A DNA stretch of 64,000 nt, from assembly GCA_030390025.1 (NCBI GenBank), contig CM059432.1:95606001-95670000 (forward strand). Reading direction: 5' to 3'. A program made the translations under genes and the position numbers. The DNA is from Squalus acanthias (lineage: Eukaryota). Position 1 is the stretch's first letter. Every line of letters begins with the position of its first letter. The notes under the pieces were generated by a model. It ran no database searches and was not told the DNA's origin. It was given only the letters and a program-made list of their open reading frames with translations. This document shows, in pieces, positions 1-12,661 of the stretch.

Positions 1-129
1 GCATTAGAATGTGTATTTTGTGTTGGATTTTATTTTTACATTGTGGCTAAGAGGACAATGTGATGGTCAGTGACAGAGGGACGGTAAGGAGTATGGGATT
101 GTTGGTGAATGGGGAATTGGGGTTGAGGT

Positions 130-292
130 CAACGTTCCCTTTAAGCTGTGTGGCCGCGCAGTGCTCTGTAGGTCACACGCAGCCGATGAGCTGGCTTTTA
201 AATAGAAAAAACGCACATGTGCTGAATCTTGAATGGCCCACGCAGCCCATTAAAGGGGCCACGCAGGCCAAAATTAATTAGAGGGAACATCG
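130..292. mobile_element. Small hAT-type MITE (family copy 1)
   Basis: Imperfect TIR CAACGTTCCCT...AGGGAACATCG, flanked by a perfect 8-bp direct repeat GTTGAGGT (122-129, 293-300). An 8-bp TSD is typical of hAT elements. Related copies lie at 29704 and 46086. Confidence 0.75.
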
Positions 293-299
293 GTTGAGG

Positions 300-1909
300 T
301 TACTGGTATCGCTGTTGAATTAGTTGTTCACATACAGCCTGGGCAGAAAGGGGCTGTCTAAGTTGCAGCCTCCCTTCCTCTTCCTCCTCTTTTGCCTCCT
401 CCTCCTCATGCTCCTGCTCCTCAGCTTCTCGCCTTATAGGTGGTGGCAAGTGCTGTTCCGTCATGATGGCAAGGTTGTGCAGCATGTAGCATACCACCAC
501 AAATCTTGAGACTGCAGGGCTCCTCCAGAGTGGTCCAGGCAGCGGAATCGTTGCTTCAGGATGCCAATGGTTTGCTCTATCAGATTACTTGTGGCAGCAT
601 GGCTCTCATTGTATGCCTGCTGCGTACGTGTGTGGGTTGCGAACAGGACTCATGAGCCATGCCGTCAGCGGATAGCCCTTGTTGCCCAGAAGCCGCCATT
701 TGGTTTGTTGTGGTAGCTGAAATACAGCAGGCCCAGAGGACGCCGCAGAATGAAGGCATCATGACTGCTACCAGGATACCGGGCATTGACCTGTATGATG
801 CACTGCCTATGGTCACACACCAGCTGCACGTTGAGGGAGTGGAATCTCTTTTGGTTCAGGTACATGACAGAGTTGACATGAGGCAGACGCAAAGCAATGT
901 GTGTGCGGTCAATGGCACCCTGGGGAAGCATGCAATCCTTGTGCTCACTCTGCCTGCTTCTCTAGCAACAGGGAATGAAATGAACTTATCGCTCTTTGAA
1001 TAGAGAGCCCCAGTAACCTCCCTTGTGCAACAGTGCACTGCAAACTGCGAGATGTTGCTAATATCTCCAGCAGCAGCCTGGAAGGAGCCAGACACACACG
1101 TTCATCGTCATGGTCACCTTCACAGCCACTGGCAATGCGATTCTTGCCCTGCTCTGAGGTTGGAATTGTGGCTGCAGCAGGTGGCAGATTTCAGTGACAG
1201 CCTCCTTAGTGAAGCACAGACGTCGCAGACATTGGTTGTCACTCAGGTTCAGGTAGGCGAATTGAGCCCTGAACACCCTCGTGTCCTAACTTGCACCAAG
1301 TCCCGTTCGCCCATCACCCCTATGCTCGCTGACCTACATTGGCTCCCGGTTAAGCAGCGCCTCGATTTCAAAATTCTCATCCTTGTTTTCAAATCCCTCC
1401 ATGGCCTCGCCCTTTCCTATCTCTCTAATCTCCTTCAGCCACACAACCCCCCCCCAAGATATCTGCGCTCCTCTAATTTTGCCCTCTTGAGCATCCCTGA
1501 TTATAATCGCTCAACCTTTGGTGGCCGTGCCTTCTGTTGCCTAAGCCCTAAGGTCTGGAATTCCCTGCCTAAACCTATCCGCCTCGCTACCTCTCTTTCC
1601 TCCTTTAAGACGCTCCTTAAAACCTACCTCTTTGACCAAGCCTTTGGTCACATGCCCTAATTTATCCTTATGTGGATCGGTGTCAAATTTTTTGTCTTAA
1701 AATACTCCTGTGCAGCGCCTTGGGACGTTTTACTACGTTAAAGGCGCTATATAAATACAAGTTGTTGTTGTGGGCGGATGTGGCCTCCTGCTGAGACCCC
1801 TTCTCCCCCTCCTCCTCCCTCTTCTAGCAGTTTGTCCTGCTCTGCGTGGCCTCTGCTCATTCTCCCAGTCATGTTCAATTCCAAGAGGAAGGCTTACCAG
1901 TGCACCCAT
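300..1909 (-). pseudogene. Degenerate PIF/Harbinger (HARBI1-like) transposase, split by an L2 insertion
   Basis: Frameshifted minus-strand pieces: MGALVSLPL...RRGRRGLSRRPHPP, then [67 protein letters not shown] and VVCYMLHNLAI. These are collinear with the transposase at 12662-13876. Confidence 0.85.
1281..1770 (+). mobile_element. L2 LINE 3' fragment
   Basis: C-terminal ORF2 motifs ITPMLADLHWLPVKQRLDFKIL and WNSLP...FKTLLKTYLF; 3' end AAAGGCGCTATATAAATACAAG(TTG)n. Confidence 0.9.
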
Positions 1910-3519
1910 GTCTGGAAACAACTGGTTTGTGCACAAGTTAAGTTAGCAAAAAAAGTACTTCAGCACCAGCCAGACCACTCCCTGTAGACGATTGAAACTT
2001 GTAACAACTATAGAAAAGCTTGCAAAACACGTAGAATTACAGCAACAGCCAGAAGAAATAATCTTGCAACTAACCTATAAGTAGTTGATCCCTTTAAATA
2101 GTGCTGGTGGGGGGGGGGGGTTTCATGCTGTTTAACGCGTGTTCAGCTATGGGAGGTTGAGCGAGGGTGCAGGCTGGAGCGGGAAGCTCCAAAATGGCAG
2201 CGCTGGCGTCAAATCAGAGTTGGACGCTGATTGACATAAGATCTACCTGTTCTACATACTTCCGGCGAATGTTAGGTGCGTGCGCTAACCCCATTACCAA
2301 TAAGGTGTCTGGCGCACGTCACGTCAGAAGTGTGCAAGTGTGCCGTGGACACCATTTTGGAACCTTAAGGGGCCTCGTAGCACCCAAACAACAGGCGCTA
2401 CTGAGCCCAATTTCACCCTTGACTCTTAGCATGGCTTGGAACAATGGTTTATTTAAATAACGAAAGCCTTTATAGTTCTTGTATAAGATACAAACGAGTG
2501 GAATGTTCTTTTGCCGAAGTAAGTGAAGCCTTTGGATTACTTGAATGTTAACTAGGTATCTGAAAAGGTTGTTTGCTATAATGCTAACTCCTGATTGAAA
2601 ATAAATGCCTTTACAAATGCCGATTAATTACTTTGGAACAAAGCTACGCCTGTCTATCTTTGCAAAAGAAGCTAGTGGTTTGTAAATGCTGAATAAGACT
2701 ATTCATGCTATCTGATTGTATCCCAGTTTACAGTACACTTTCTCAGTGGAGCTCTGTACACTGCGAAGGGTAGAGTGTTTCAGGAAACAGCTTGAGAATG
2801 GTTCGTATAAACTAAGCTAGTTTTCAACAAAAAAAAATTGCATTTCTAAAAGCAACTTGCTGTTCTAATTTTGCAAAATAAATTGTGTAGATGCCGTGAC
2901 ACTGCATTTTGTGTTCAGAAATGATTTTGCAACACTAGCCGCATTAACCAAGCTTTATAGTATACATTTAATTTGGAAAGTGCTTTTGCTTATTCATACT
3001 GCAGTATAGCTTCACCTCATGGGAAAGAGAAAGCAATATTGCCCCAAAACATTGCCAACCAGCTTCCAGCAGTCCAACCACAATGAAAGTAGATTTTGAA
3101 GGACTTTCAAGTGCAGTGGCTTCTCTGTATAATCAATGTAAAATGAGCGGAGGAGTTGTATTACAGCTGTTGCCTAACCCTATCCTCATCCAAAGGGCGC
3201 ACCTGCCATTCCACCAGGGGTTACTGTGCATTGATGAGTAGATGGAAACTCGGCTAATTTTCTTTTTTACTTTTATCCTTTTCTAGCCCAGGGATGTTGA
3301 AACTAATTGGAGTGCTCCTATAATGACTACATGCATTTTTAACAAAAACTTGGCCCATTTATATTATAGCCTACCCTAAATATAATGAATACCAGATATA
3401 CAATGAATGGAATTTAATTAGCACTTGGATACGTGTAAGAAGACCTGGAAGTAATAATAAACAGATCACTTTCAATGTCCAGACAATGTAGCGAAGCAAT
3501 TATAAAAAGTGAATAGAAT

Positions 3520-3994
3520 GCTAACTTGTGTCCTAACTCGCACCAAGTCCCGTTCACCCATCACCCCTGTGCTCGCTGACCTAGATTGGCTCCCGGTTAA
3601 GCAATGCCTCGATTTAATAAAAAAAAAAAATTCATCCTTGTTTTCAAATCCCTCCATGGCCTCTTCCCTCCCTATCTCTGTAATCTCCTCCAGCCCTACA
3701 ACCCTCAGATATCTGTGCTCCTCCAATTCTGGCCCATTGAGCATCCCCGATTTTAATCACTCCACCATTGGCAGCCGTACCTTCAGCTGCCAAGGCCCCA
3801 AGCTTTGGAATTCCCTCTATAAACCTCTCTGCCTCTCATTCTCTCTCTTTATAAGACACTCCTTAAAACCTACCTCTTTGACCAAGCTCTGCCCTAATAT
3901 CTCCTTATGTGGCTCGGTGTCAGATTTTGTTTTATAACGTGCCTTGGGGCGTATGACTACATTAAAGGCGCTACATTAATACACGTTGTTGTTG
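3520..3994 (+). mobile_element. L2 LINE 3' fragment
   Basis: ITPVLADLDWLPVKQ and PKLWNSL motifs with a (TTG)n tail; similar to 1281-1770. Confidence 0.88.
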
Positions 3995-4139
3995 CTAGGC
4001 AATAAAGCCATAACAATGGGCTACAAGTTTATATAAATTATGTTATGGTTTACAGTACACGGATCAGACCACACCTGTGTTCAGTTTTGGCCACTATTCT
4101 ACACAAAATAAATACATGCTGTGGAAAGGGTGCAAAGAG

Positions 4140-4245
4140 CAAAAATAAAAACAGGAAATGCTGGAAACACACAGCAGGTCAGTCAGCATCTAAAGAAACA
4201 AGATAATTTAATGCTTCGAGTGTGTAACCTTCATTGGAACTAAAC
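4140..4245. mobile_element. Degenerate Penelope-type terminal-repeat remnant
   Basis: GAAATGCTGGAAACACACAGCAGGTCAGTCAGCATC motif shared with 15930-16000, 22205-22370 and 57660-57885; the hammerhead core is decayed here. Confidence 0.45.
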
Positions 4246-5149
4246 ACTGAAAAATAAACAGTCATTCTGGTAAGGTTGAGAAAAATGGGAAAGGGAGAGA
4301 ATCATCAGATATGCCAGTCATAGAGAAAGGACCAAATTACATAGAATTGTATAGAAATTACAATGTGGGTACATGCTATATTGGTGTTTATCCTTCACAT
4401 GACCAGTAGTCCTAAATCCATGTGTCTGCCTGGTTACCATATCCCTTTATCTCCCTTTCCTTAAACCGCCTATCTAACCTATTCTTAAATGTTGACACGG
4501 TCTCTGGCTTCAATCACTAACTCTGGTAGTGAATTCCACAATCTGCCAATCCACTTAGTTTAAAAAAAATTCTCCATTCTCTGTCCTAAATCTCAGACTT
4601 GTATGTCCCCTCATTCTAGACCCCTCAGTCACTGGAAACAGCCTGTTTCTAACCTTTTCCATCCTTTCATAATTTGCAAAGCCTCTATTGAATCACCTCA
4701 TAATCTTTTATTCCCCAATGAAAACAGGCTCAATTTTTCAAGTCTTTCTTCTGATTTGTATTTCCTTATACCAGGCAGCATCCTAGAGAATGTGTGCTGT
4801 ACTCCCTCTATTACCTCAATATCCATTCTATGGTGTGGAGCCCAAAACTACACTGAGTACTCCAACTGTGATCTTTATTAAAGTTTTATGTAGATTCACA
4901 ATTACACCTCAACTTTGATATTCTCTTGCCATAAAACCATTAGCTTTTTTTTAAATGGCCTTGTCCACTTCATGTACTGCTTTTAATGTCTAAACCCCCA
5001 AATCCCTCTGCTCTTTCACATCACCCAGATCTCCCCAATTCAGAGTACAATTTTTACTTTTACTTCTCTCCACTAAAATATACCACCTCACACTTACTGA
5101 CCTTGAAGTGCAACTGATACTATTTTGCCCATTCCACCATCTTATCAAT

Positions 5150-5608
5150 GTGTTGTCCTATGAGAAATTGAGTAGATTGGGCCTATACGCTCTGGAATTT
5201 AGAAGAATGAGGTGTGATCTCATTGAAACATATAAGATTCTGAGAGGGCTTGACAGGGTAGATGCTGAGAGGCTGTTTACCCTGGCTGGACAGTCTCGAA
5301 CTAGGGGGCATAGTCTCTGGATAAGGAGTCGTCCATTTAGGACTGAGTTGAGAAATTTCTTTACTCAGGGTTGTGAATCTTTGGAATTCTCTACCCCAGA
5401 GGGATGTGGATGCTGAGTTGTTGATTATATTCAAGGCTGAAATCGATAGATTTTTGGACTCTAGGCAAATCAAGGGATACGGGGATCGGGCGGGAAAGTG
5501 GAGTTGAGGTCGAAGATCAGCTACGATCTTATTGAATGGTGGAACAGGTTCGAGGGGCCGTATGGCCTACTCCTGCTCCTAATTCTTATGTGCTTATTCT
5601 TATGTTCT
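5150..5608 (+). mobile_element. CR1 LINE 3' fragment
   Basis: LSYEKLSRLGLYALEFRRMRCDLIETYKIL motif; (TTCTTATG)-type 8-bp tail at ~5582-5608. Confidence 0.9.
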
Positions 5609-5717
5609 TAACCTCTTGCAGCTTCCTTTGGTCCTCATTTATTTACTATGCCCCCTAATTTACCATCTGCATTTCGCTCCCTCTAGGATTGTATTCAAAT
5701 CATTGATGTACATAGTA

Positions 5718-6155
5718 AAAGAAAGTCTTGCATTTATATAGTGTCTTTCCTGACATCGGGACGCTCCAAAGCGCATTACAGCCGATGAAGTCCTTTTTGA
5801 AGTTTAGTCACTGCCAATTTGCGCACAGCAAGGTCCCACAAACAGCAATGTAATAATGACCAGATAGTTTGCTTTTAGTTTTCAGTGATGTTGGTTGAGG
5901 GATAAATATTGGGCAGGAGTCAGGACACTGGGGAGAACTCCCCTGCTCTTCTTAGACTAGTGCTGTGGGATCTATTATATTCACCCGAGAGAGCAGACTT
6001 GGTTTAACGTCTCATCTGAAAAACGGCACCTCCAACAGTGCAGCACTCCCTCAGCACTGCACTGGAGTGTCAGCCTTGATATTGTGCTCAAGTCTCTGGA
6101 GTGGGACTTGAACCCACAACCTACTGACTCAGAGGTGAGTTTGCTGCCAACTGCC
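5718..6155 (-). mobile_element. tRNA-derived DeuSINE (SacSINE1-like)
   Basis: Reverse complement of the copy at 37352-37820, with a B-box-like GGGTTCAAGTCCC, the central domain and an L2-like tail. Confidence 0.75.
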
Positions 6156-6650
6156 AACTAAACAGAAGTGGTGCCAGAACAGAACCCTGTGGGATACTGC
6201 CACCCCCTTTCAACCACTGCTCTTAACTCCTACTCTCTCTTTCCTCCTTTCTAACTCATTTGAACCCTATTTTCTACCTAACTCTAATTGCAAACCCTTA
6301 TTCTTATCCTGTGTGGTACTTTGTTAAAGGCTTTCTGAAAGTCCAAGTACACCACATCGACTTCATTTCCCATCCACCACATCTGCCACCTCAAAGAACT
6401 TGGCTTTGTTGAGAACAGTCTTCCTTTCTGAAATTGTGTTGTCCACTTCTAAATATTTTTTCTTAATATTTTAGTAATTCTGTATTACATTGGCTGCATT
6501 CGAGCTGTTGAGCACACATCCACTCAATAGAACCCTGAAAAACTATTCTTCTTCATTTCGCTCAGGACCTTCTGATGTATTCAGTCAGGTCATGACATGT
6601 TGACCTCTTGTAGCTTAACTAACATCTCTAACACTTGGCTTTTATTTATT

Positions 6651-7070
6651 GGCCCAGATTTTCCTGCAACGGCGAGATCAGCGATGTACATGTTAAATTT
6701 TGCTGTCTAGAGCACCGATTTTGCCGTTGATAATTTACTCCATATTTTCCTGCATTTGTCATTGTGAGCATGGCAGCAAACCGGAAGCGGCATGGCCATT
6801 TTCCCCCCAGTAAATTGCCAAATACATTCCTTGCAAAGTATTTCACCTTTATGGGGGGCAGGGATTAGCTGCCAGAAATAATGACTGCAGTCTCCCAGAG
6901 CATTTTCATAATTAATGATTGAAGAAGATAAAACTTTGGACTGAAGCAGTTTGGAGCTCCAATTAATTCCTGGCCTTTTTTAATGTTCAGTGAATTTTAT
7001 TAGCTTAACCGGTCCCTAAAACTCTCACTTTCGTACAGGTACAGAATATTTTAATCTAAAGTATACAAAG
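6651..7070. mobile_element. Probable Harbinger-type MITE, one end only
   Basis: Starts ATT|GGCCCAGATTTTCCTG, similar to the terminus at 45766. No matching right end was found. Confidence 0.4.
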
Positions 7071-7074
7071 TATG

Positions 7075-10000
7075 ATCAGAATAAAACCGGACGGACCAAC
7101 CGGCATCGACCTAGGCATCGGATTCGGCCATGACAAAGGCACACCCAGCCCAGTCAACCCTGCAAAGTCCTCCTCACTAACATCTGGGGACTTGAGCCAA
7201 AATTGGGAGAGCTGCTCCACAGACTAGTCAAGCAACAGCCTGACCTAGTCATACTCACAGAATCATACCTTTCAGCCAACGTCCCAGACTCCTCCATCAC
7301 CATCCCTGGGTATGTCCTGTCCCACCGGCAGGACAGACCCACCAGAGGTGGCAGCATAGAAACATAGAAGATAGGAGCAGGAGTAGGCCATTCGGCCCCT
7401 CGAGCCTGTTCTGCCATTTAATGAGATCATGGCTGATCATCCAAATTCAGTATCCTGTCCCTGCTTTCTCCCCATATCCCTTGATCCCTTTAGCCTTAAG
7501 AAATATATCTAACTCCTTCTTGAATATATTTAATGAATTGGCCTCAACTGCCTTCTGTGGTAGAGAATTCCACAGGTTCACCACTCTGGGTGAAGAAATT
7601 CCTCCTCATCTCAGTCCTAAATGGCTTACCCCTTATCCTTAGACTGTGATCCCTGGTTCTGGACTCCCCGCCATCGGGAACATCCTTCCTGCATCTAGTC
7701 TGTCTAGTCCTGTTAGAATTTTATAAGTTTCAATGAGATCCCCTCTCATTCTTCTAAACTCTAGCGAATATAAGCCTAATCGGCCCAATCTCTCTTCATA
7801 CGTCATTCCTGCCATCCCAGGTATCAGTCTGGTGAATCTTCGCTGCACTCCCTCCATGGCAAGAACATCCTTCCTCAGATAAGGTGACCAAAACTGCACA
7901 CAATACTCAAGGTGTGGTCTCATCAAGGCCCTGTACAACTGCAGCAAGACATCCTTGCTCCTGTACTCGAATCCTCTCGCTATGAAGGCCAACATACCAT
8001 TTGCCTTCTTAACCGCCTGCTGCACCTGCATGCTTACCTTCAGTGACTGGTGCACAAGGACACCCAGGTCTCGTTGCACTTCCCCTTTTCCCAATCTATT
8101 GCCGTTCAGATAATAATCTGCCTTCCTGTTTTTGCCACCAAAGTGGATAACCTCGCATTTATCCACATTATACTGCATCTGCCCAATCACCCAACCTGTC
8201 CAAATCATACTGGAGTTTCTCTGCATCCTCCTCACAGCACACACGCCCACCCAGCTTTGTGTCATCTGCAAACTTGGAGATATTATATCTAGTCCCCTTG
8301 TCTAGATCATTAATATATATTGTGAATAGCTGGGGTCCTAGCACCGATCCCTGCGGTACCCCACTAGTCACTGCCTGCCACTCAGAAAAAGACCCGTTTA
8401 TTCGAACTCTTTGCTTCCTAAATGCCAACCAGTTTTCTATCCAAGTCAGTACCTTACTCCCAATCCCTTGTGCTTTAACTTTGCACACTAATCTCTTATG
8501 CGGGACCTTATCGAAAGCCTTCTGAAAGTCCAAATACACCACACCACTGGTTCTCCCTTATCTATCCTACCAGTTACATCCTCAAAAAATTCCAGTAGAT
8601 TAGTCAAGCATGATTTACCTTTTGTAAATCCATGTTGACTTTGTCCGATCCTGTCACTGTTTTCCAAGTGCTCTGCTATTACATCTTTTAAAATGGACTC
8701 TAGCATTTTCCCCACTACCGATGTCAGGCTTCCCCGTTTTCTCTCTACCACCTTTTTTAAATAGTGGGGCTACATTAGCTACCCTCCAATCCATGGGAAC
8801 TGTTCGAGTCTATAGAATTTTGGAAGATGACCAGCAATGCATCTACTATTTCTAGGGTATAGTGGTATACAATTGGGAGGGAGTGGCCCTGGGAGTCTTC
8901 AACATTGACTCCGGACCCCATGAAGTCTCATGGCATCAGGTCCAAACGTGGACAAAAGAGCTGAATTCCAGAGGTGAAGTGAGAGTGACTGCCCTCGACA
9001 TCAAGGCAGCATTTGACAGAGTGTGGCATCAAGGAGCCCTAGTAAAATTGAAGTTAATGGGAATCAGGGAAAACTTTCCATTGGCTGGAGTCACACCTAG
9101 CAAAAAGGAAGATGATTGTGATTGGCCTTCAACAATCATCTTGGCCCTAGGACATCGCTGCAGGAGTTCCTCAGGGCAGTGTTCTAGGCCCAACCATCTT
9201 CAGCTGCTTCATCAATGACCTTGCCTCCATCATAAGGTCAGATGTGTGGATGTTTGCTGATTGTGCAATGTTCAGTTCCATTCACAACTCCTCAGATAAT
9301 GAAGCAGTCCATGCCCGCATGCAGCAAGACCTGGACAACTTTCAGCCTTGGGCTGATAAGTGGCAAGTAACATTTGTGCCACAATGGCTATCTCCAACAA
9401 GAGAGAGTCTAATCACCTCCTCTTGACATTCAATGGCATTACAATTGTCGAATCCCCTACTATCAACATCCTGAGGGGTCACCATTAACCAGAAACTGAA
9501 CTGGACCAGCCACATAAATATTGCAGGTCAGAGGCTGGGTATTCTGTGGCGTGTGACTCAACTCCTGACTCCCCAAAGCCTTTCCATCAGCTACAAGGCA
9601 CAAGTCAGGAGTGATGGAATACTCTCTGCAGTTCCAACAACACTCAAGAAGCTCGACACCATCCAGGACAAAGCAGCTCACTTGATTGGCACCCCATCCA
9701 CCACCTTAAACGTTCACTCTTTCCACCACCGGCGCTCCGTGGCTGCAGTGTGTACCATCTACAAGAGGCACTGCAGCAATTCGCCAAGGTTTCTTCGACA
9801 GCACCTCCCAAACCTGCGACCTCTACCACCTAGAAGGACAAGGGCAGCAGGCGCATGGGAACACCATCACCTCCAAGTTCCCTCTCATGTCGCACACCAT
9901 CCTGACTTGGAAATATATCACCATTCCTTCATCATCCTGGAACTCCCTCCCTAACAGCGCTGTGGGAGTACCTTCACCACACGGACTGCAGGGGTTCAAG

Positions 10001-10095
10001 AAGGTGGCTCACCACCACCTTCTCTAGGGCAATTAGGGATGGGCAAAAGATGCTGGTCTTGCCCACGATGCCCACATTCCGTGAATAAATTTAAT
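7075..10095 (+). mobile_element. Non-LTR retrotransposon (APE endonuclease + RT), internally deleted and split by a CR1
   Basis: APE N-terminus VLLTNIWGL...QQPDLVILTESYL...IPGY...DRPTRGG at 7160-7355, resuming at 8860. It then jumps to RT motifs [23 protein letters not shown] and FAD(D); the 3' end is ~10090. Same family as 28790-30510. Confidence 0.8.
7357..8858 (-). mobile_element. CR1 LINE, 5'-truncated
   Basis: RT motifs [45 protein letters not shown] and RPHLEYCVQFWSP; CATAGAAA tail repeat at 7357. Confidence 0.95.
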
Positions 10096-10486
10096 AAGAT
10101 TGTAGAGCTGGGGCCAGCGTTATCGAAGAGTCCTTCAGCTTTTTGACTTCTTTGTAACAGCTTTTGCTGTACCCTCCTGTGCAAGTATTTCTGCCACTGT
10201 TTCAAAACAATTATATAGGGCTGGATTTTGTCAGTGTGGGCAGGCTGGGGCATGTCAGGTGGAAATCGTATCAGGACCCTGACTCCTAAGTGATGTGTTG
10301 AAAAAGTGGGATTTTCCCCTAATTGGGCAATTGATTTCCTAAGTGTGGGAACACCTGGTCCAATGAGTCTTTTCATACAGATGATGTCATCAATGCTGCT
10401 GTGGATTTAAGACCTGCAAGCAGCCTTGCTTCCTCTGGAGACTGCAAAGGCTCTGCAAATTGTATGAAGGAGTTGATTTCCCGACA

Positions 10487-12401
10487 ATGTCCACGATCAA
10501 GCAAAAGTGTGCACCTCGGTTTGATGCGCCCTCCCTCCAAGCTCTGGTGCACGGAGCCAGATGTAATAAGAAGGTGCTGTTCCCTTCCTCAGGGAGAAAA
10601 AAGCCACCCCAGCAGACACAAGCTGTGTGGCTGCAAGTGGCCCAGGAGGTCAACTCCATTTCGCTGAGCCGCAGAACCTGGCTGCAATGCAGGAAGAGGT
10701 TTCATGATCTTCTCCGCACAGGAAAAGTGAGTATGACTTTCCCATCACCCTCAATCTGATCCCCATCACCTCTCCTCACCAGCACTCTGCTTTGCCAACC
10801 TCTTCCTCCATATGCCACTTGACACTTACATGCCTGCACCCTTACCCATTCCCTCTCTCTCTGTGGTCACATTCACTTAACTATTTGACCATGCAGCCCT
10901 CACACTCCCTATCACTGTGATGCCATGATGACAACAACAACTTACAACACACTGGAAGGGTCCTTTGTCTCCTAAGTATCTATGCTATGGATTATCGACA
11001 CTCACTCCTTCATTCTCACTCAAACTCCACTTGTGTCCCTCATTGCAGGAAAAGAGAGCCCACAATAAGAGGGAAAGAGCCATGACAGGAGGAGGGCCAC
11101 CCTCAGTAGCCCAGCTCACCGCCTGGGAGGAGGCGGCCCTGGAAATCGCCGGGATCGAGGAGGATTCCTAAGTGGGGGACGGACAGATGGGCGCATCGCA
11201 GCAAGCTGGTGACAATAGTTTGGCATCTCTCTCATTGACATTGCATGAGTCACTGATAATGAATCTGATGCTCTAACAGATTGACTTATGATCATCTGCA
11301 CTATTCAATGTTCATGTAACCTTGACCTCACATCTCTAACTCTATCCTTTACTCCCCCACAGGACCATTGAAAGCCCCCGTCCCCACTGTCCAGGAGGAA
11401 GAGCCTGAGCTTCCAGACTCCTCAGAGGAAACTGCAACCTCTGAGGGCACAGCCTCAGCAGAATTCAGCGCAGACACTCACCTCGGTGGGACCATCGCGA
11501 GATAGATTAGTGTTGGCACCCGGTGTTTCACAGCTCACAAGTGAGCAACAGCAGATGGTGGAGACAGGGACAGCAGTGGAGAGTCCTCGTCGGAGGGCGC
11601 AGGGCTCTGCCAGCTCGGCTCAGCTGCATGTCGACCCTGTGCCTCCGGGTCCATGCAGAACGAGAGCGGTGCTGGAACTCCAGGAACAGGTGCAGGAGTC
11701 TCTGGCAGGTTTTGTCTCCAGGGTCGCTGCGAGTGTCGAGCGAATGGAGGAGTCCATCGCGAACATGAGCAGAGCCTTTGTGGAGGCATTGGCGCATGAA
11801 CACATCACCACGGAAAGGATGGCAACCTCCGTGGAAAGGATGGCTACAGTAGAGGAGAGGATGGCTACGGCCATGGAGGAGCTAAGTCGCCAGAGTGTAG
11901 AAAACATGGTCATTGTTCAGAATAGACTGGCATCTCTTGAGGAGCGATGGTCAGCTACTGAGCATAGAAACCAGACCTTCATGGAAGTCCTCTGGAGTAG
12001 GACTTCCAGTGCAGAAACGGGTCCTCATGGCCCCCCTGAAGAGCAGCAAGGTGCTGTCAAGCCATTTGCTAGCTCTGAAGTGGTGCTGGCCCATGGTGGC
12101 AGACAACAAGGAAGTGGGGGCTCCTCTCCAAGCGCTCAAACGACCATGCCACTGCAAAGTCCTCGGTCAGAGCCCCACCAGAGTCCTCACCCAACTGAGA
12201 TGGGCGCTTTAACCCCTGCACAGCCACAGGAGCAGCAGACTGTTGCCGAGCCCTCACAGGTTCGCAACCCCCAGAGGACGGCCGCCAAAGGTGTCGAGGC
12301 AGGAGCAGCAAGAAAGTGAACAAGGGGCCTCCACATCTGCTGAAGCCACAGGGGAAGCACCATGTAGGAGCACGCGTAAGAGGAAGATAATGCACAAGTA
12401 G
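10487..12401 (+). pseudogene. Harbinger Myb/SANT-like DNA-binding protein gene, 3 predicted exons (10487-10726, 11049-11208, 11363-12401), disrupted
   Basis: Exon 1 encodes a MSANTD/NAIF1-type domain (APRFDAPSLQALV...WLQVAQEVNS...RRTWLQCRKRFHDL) and ends at GTGAGT. Exon 2 (acceptor TTGCAG) encodes EKRAHNKRERAMTGGGPP...LTAWEE, with an in-frame TAA at 11169-11171. Exon 3 (acceptor CCCCACAG) needs frameshifts near 11480 and 12270. Confidence 0.85.
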
Positions 12402-12661
12402 TCACAAGGGTAGTCACTTGGGTGTTATGTTGTGTTTATTTTTGAAATGCCACCAGTTGCTTGTTGTGATAAAAATTTCTGATGGCAAACTGTTGTGAAG
12501 TTGTGGCCTGTGTCATTTCGCAAATGGGACTTCCACATTGAGGGCTTAGAGCGACTTGCAATTGTCAGTATGGTGGTCAGAGTGATAGGAATCCGCAGGT
12601 TCTTGGCCATTGTCGATGGTCTGGTAAGAAGCTGCGAGGCAAAAGTGCTTGATTGTCTCGG

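Larger units (their letters stand above)
1..2418 (-). mobile_element. Old Harbinger transposon, partial (other end lies outside the window)
   Basis: Contains the transposase remnant. A candidate terminus GCCCAATTTCACCC ends at ~2418 (reverse complement GGGTGAAATTGGGC), resembling the other Harbinger-type ends here. Confidence 0.6.
4340..6450 (-). mobile_element. Old CR1 LINE remnant, interrupted by a younger CR1 and a SINE
   Basis: Reverse-complement CR1 3' tail (CATAGAA repeats ~4340) and decayed RT-region similarity, e.g. GGCTTTCTGAAAGTCCAAGTACACCACATC = reverse [10 protein letters not shown]. Confidence 0.65.

Noticed and set aside
1025..1660. 211-aa ORF as a gene
   Set aside because: It is a chance fusion of the antisense strand of a Harbinger transposase with an L2 ORF2 C-terminus.
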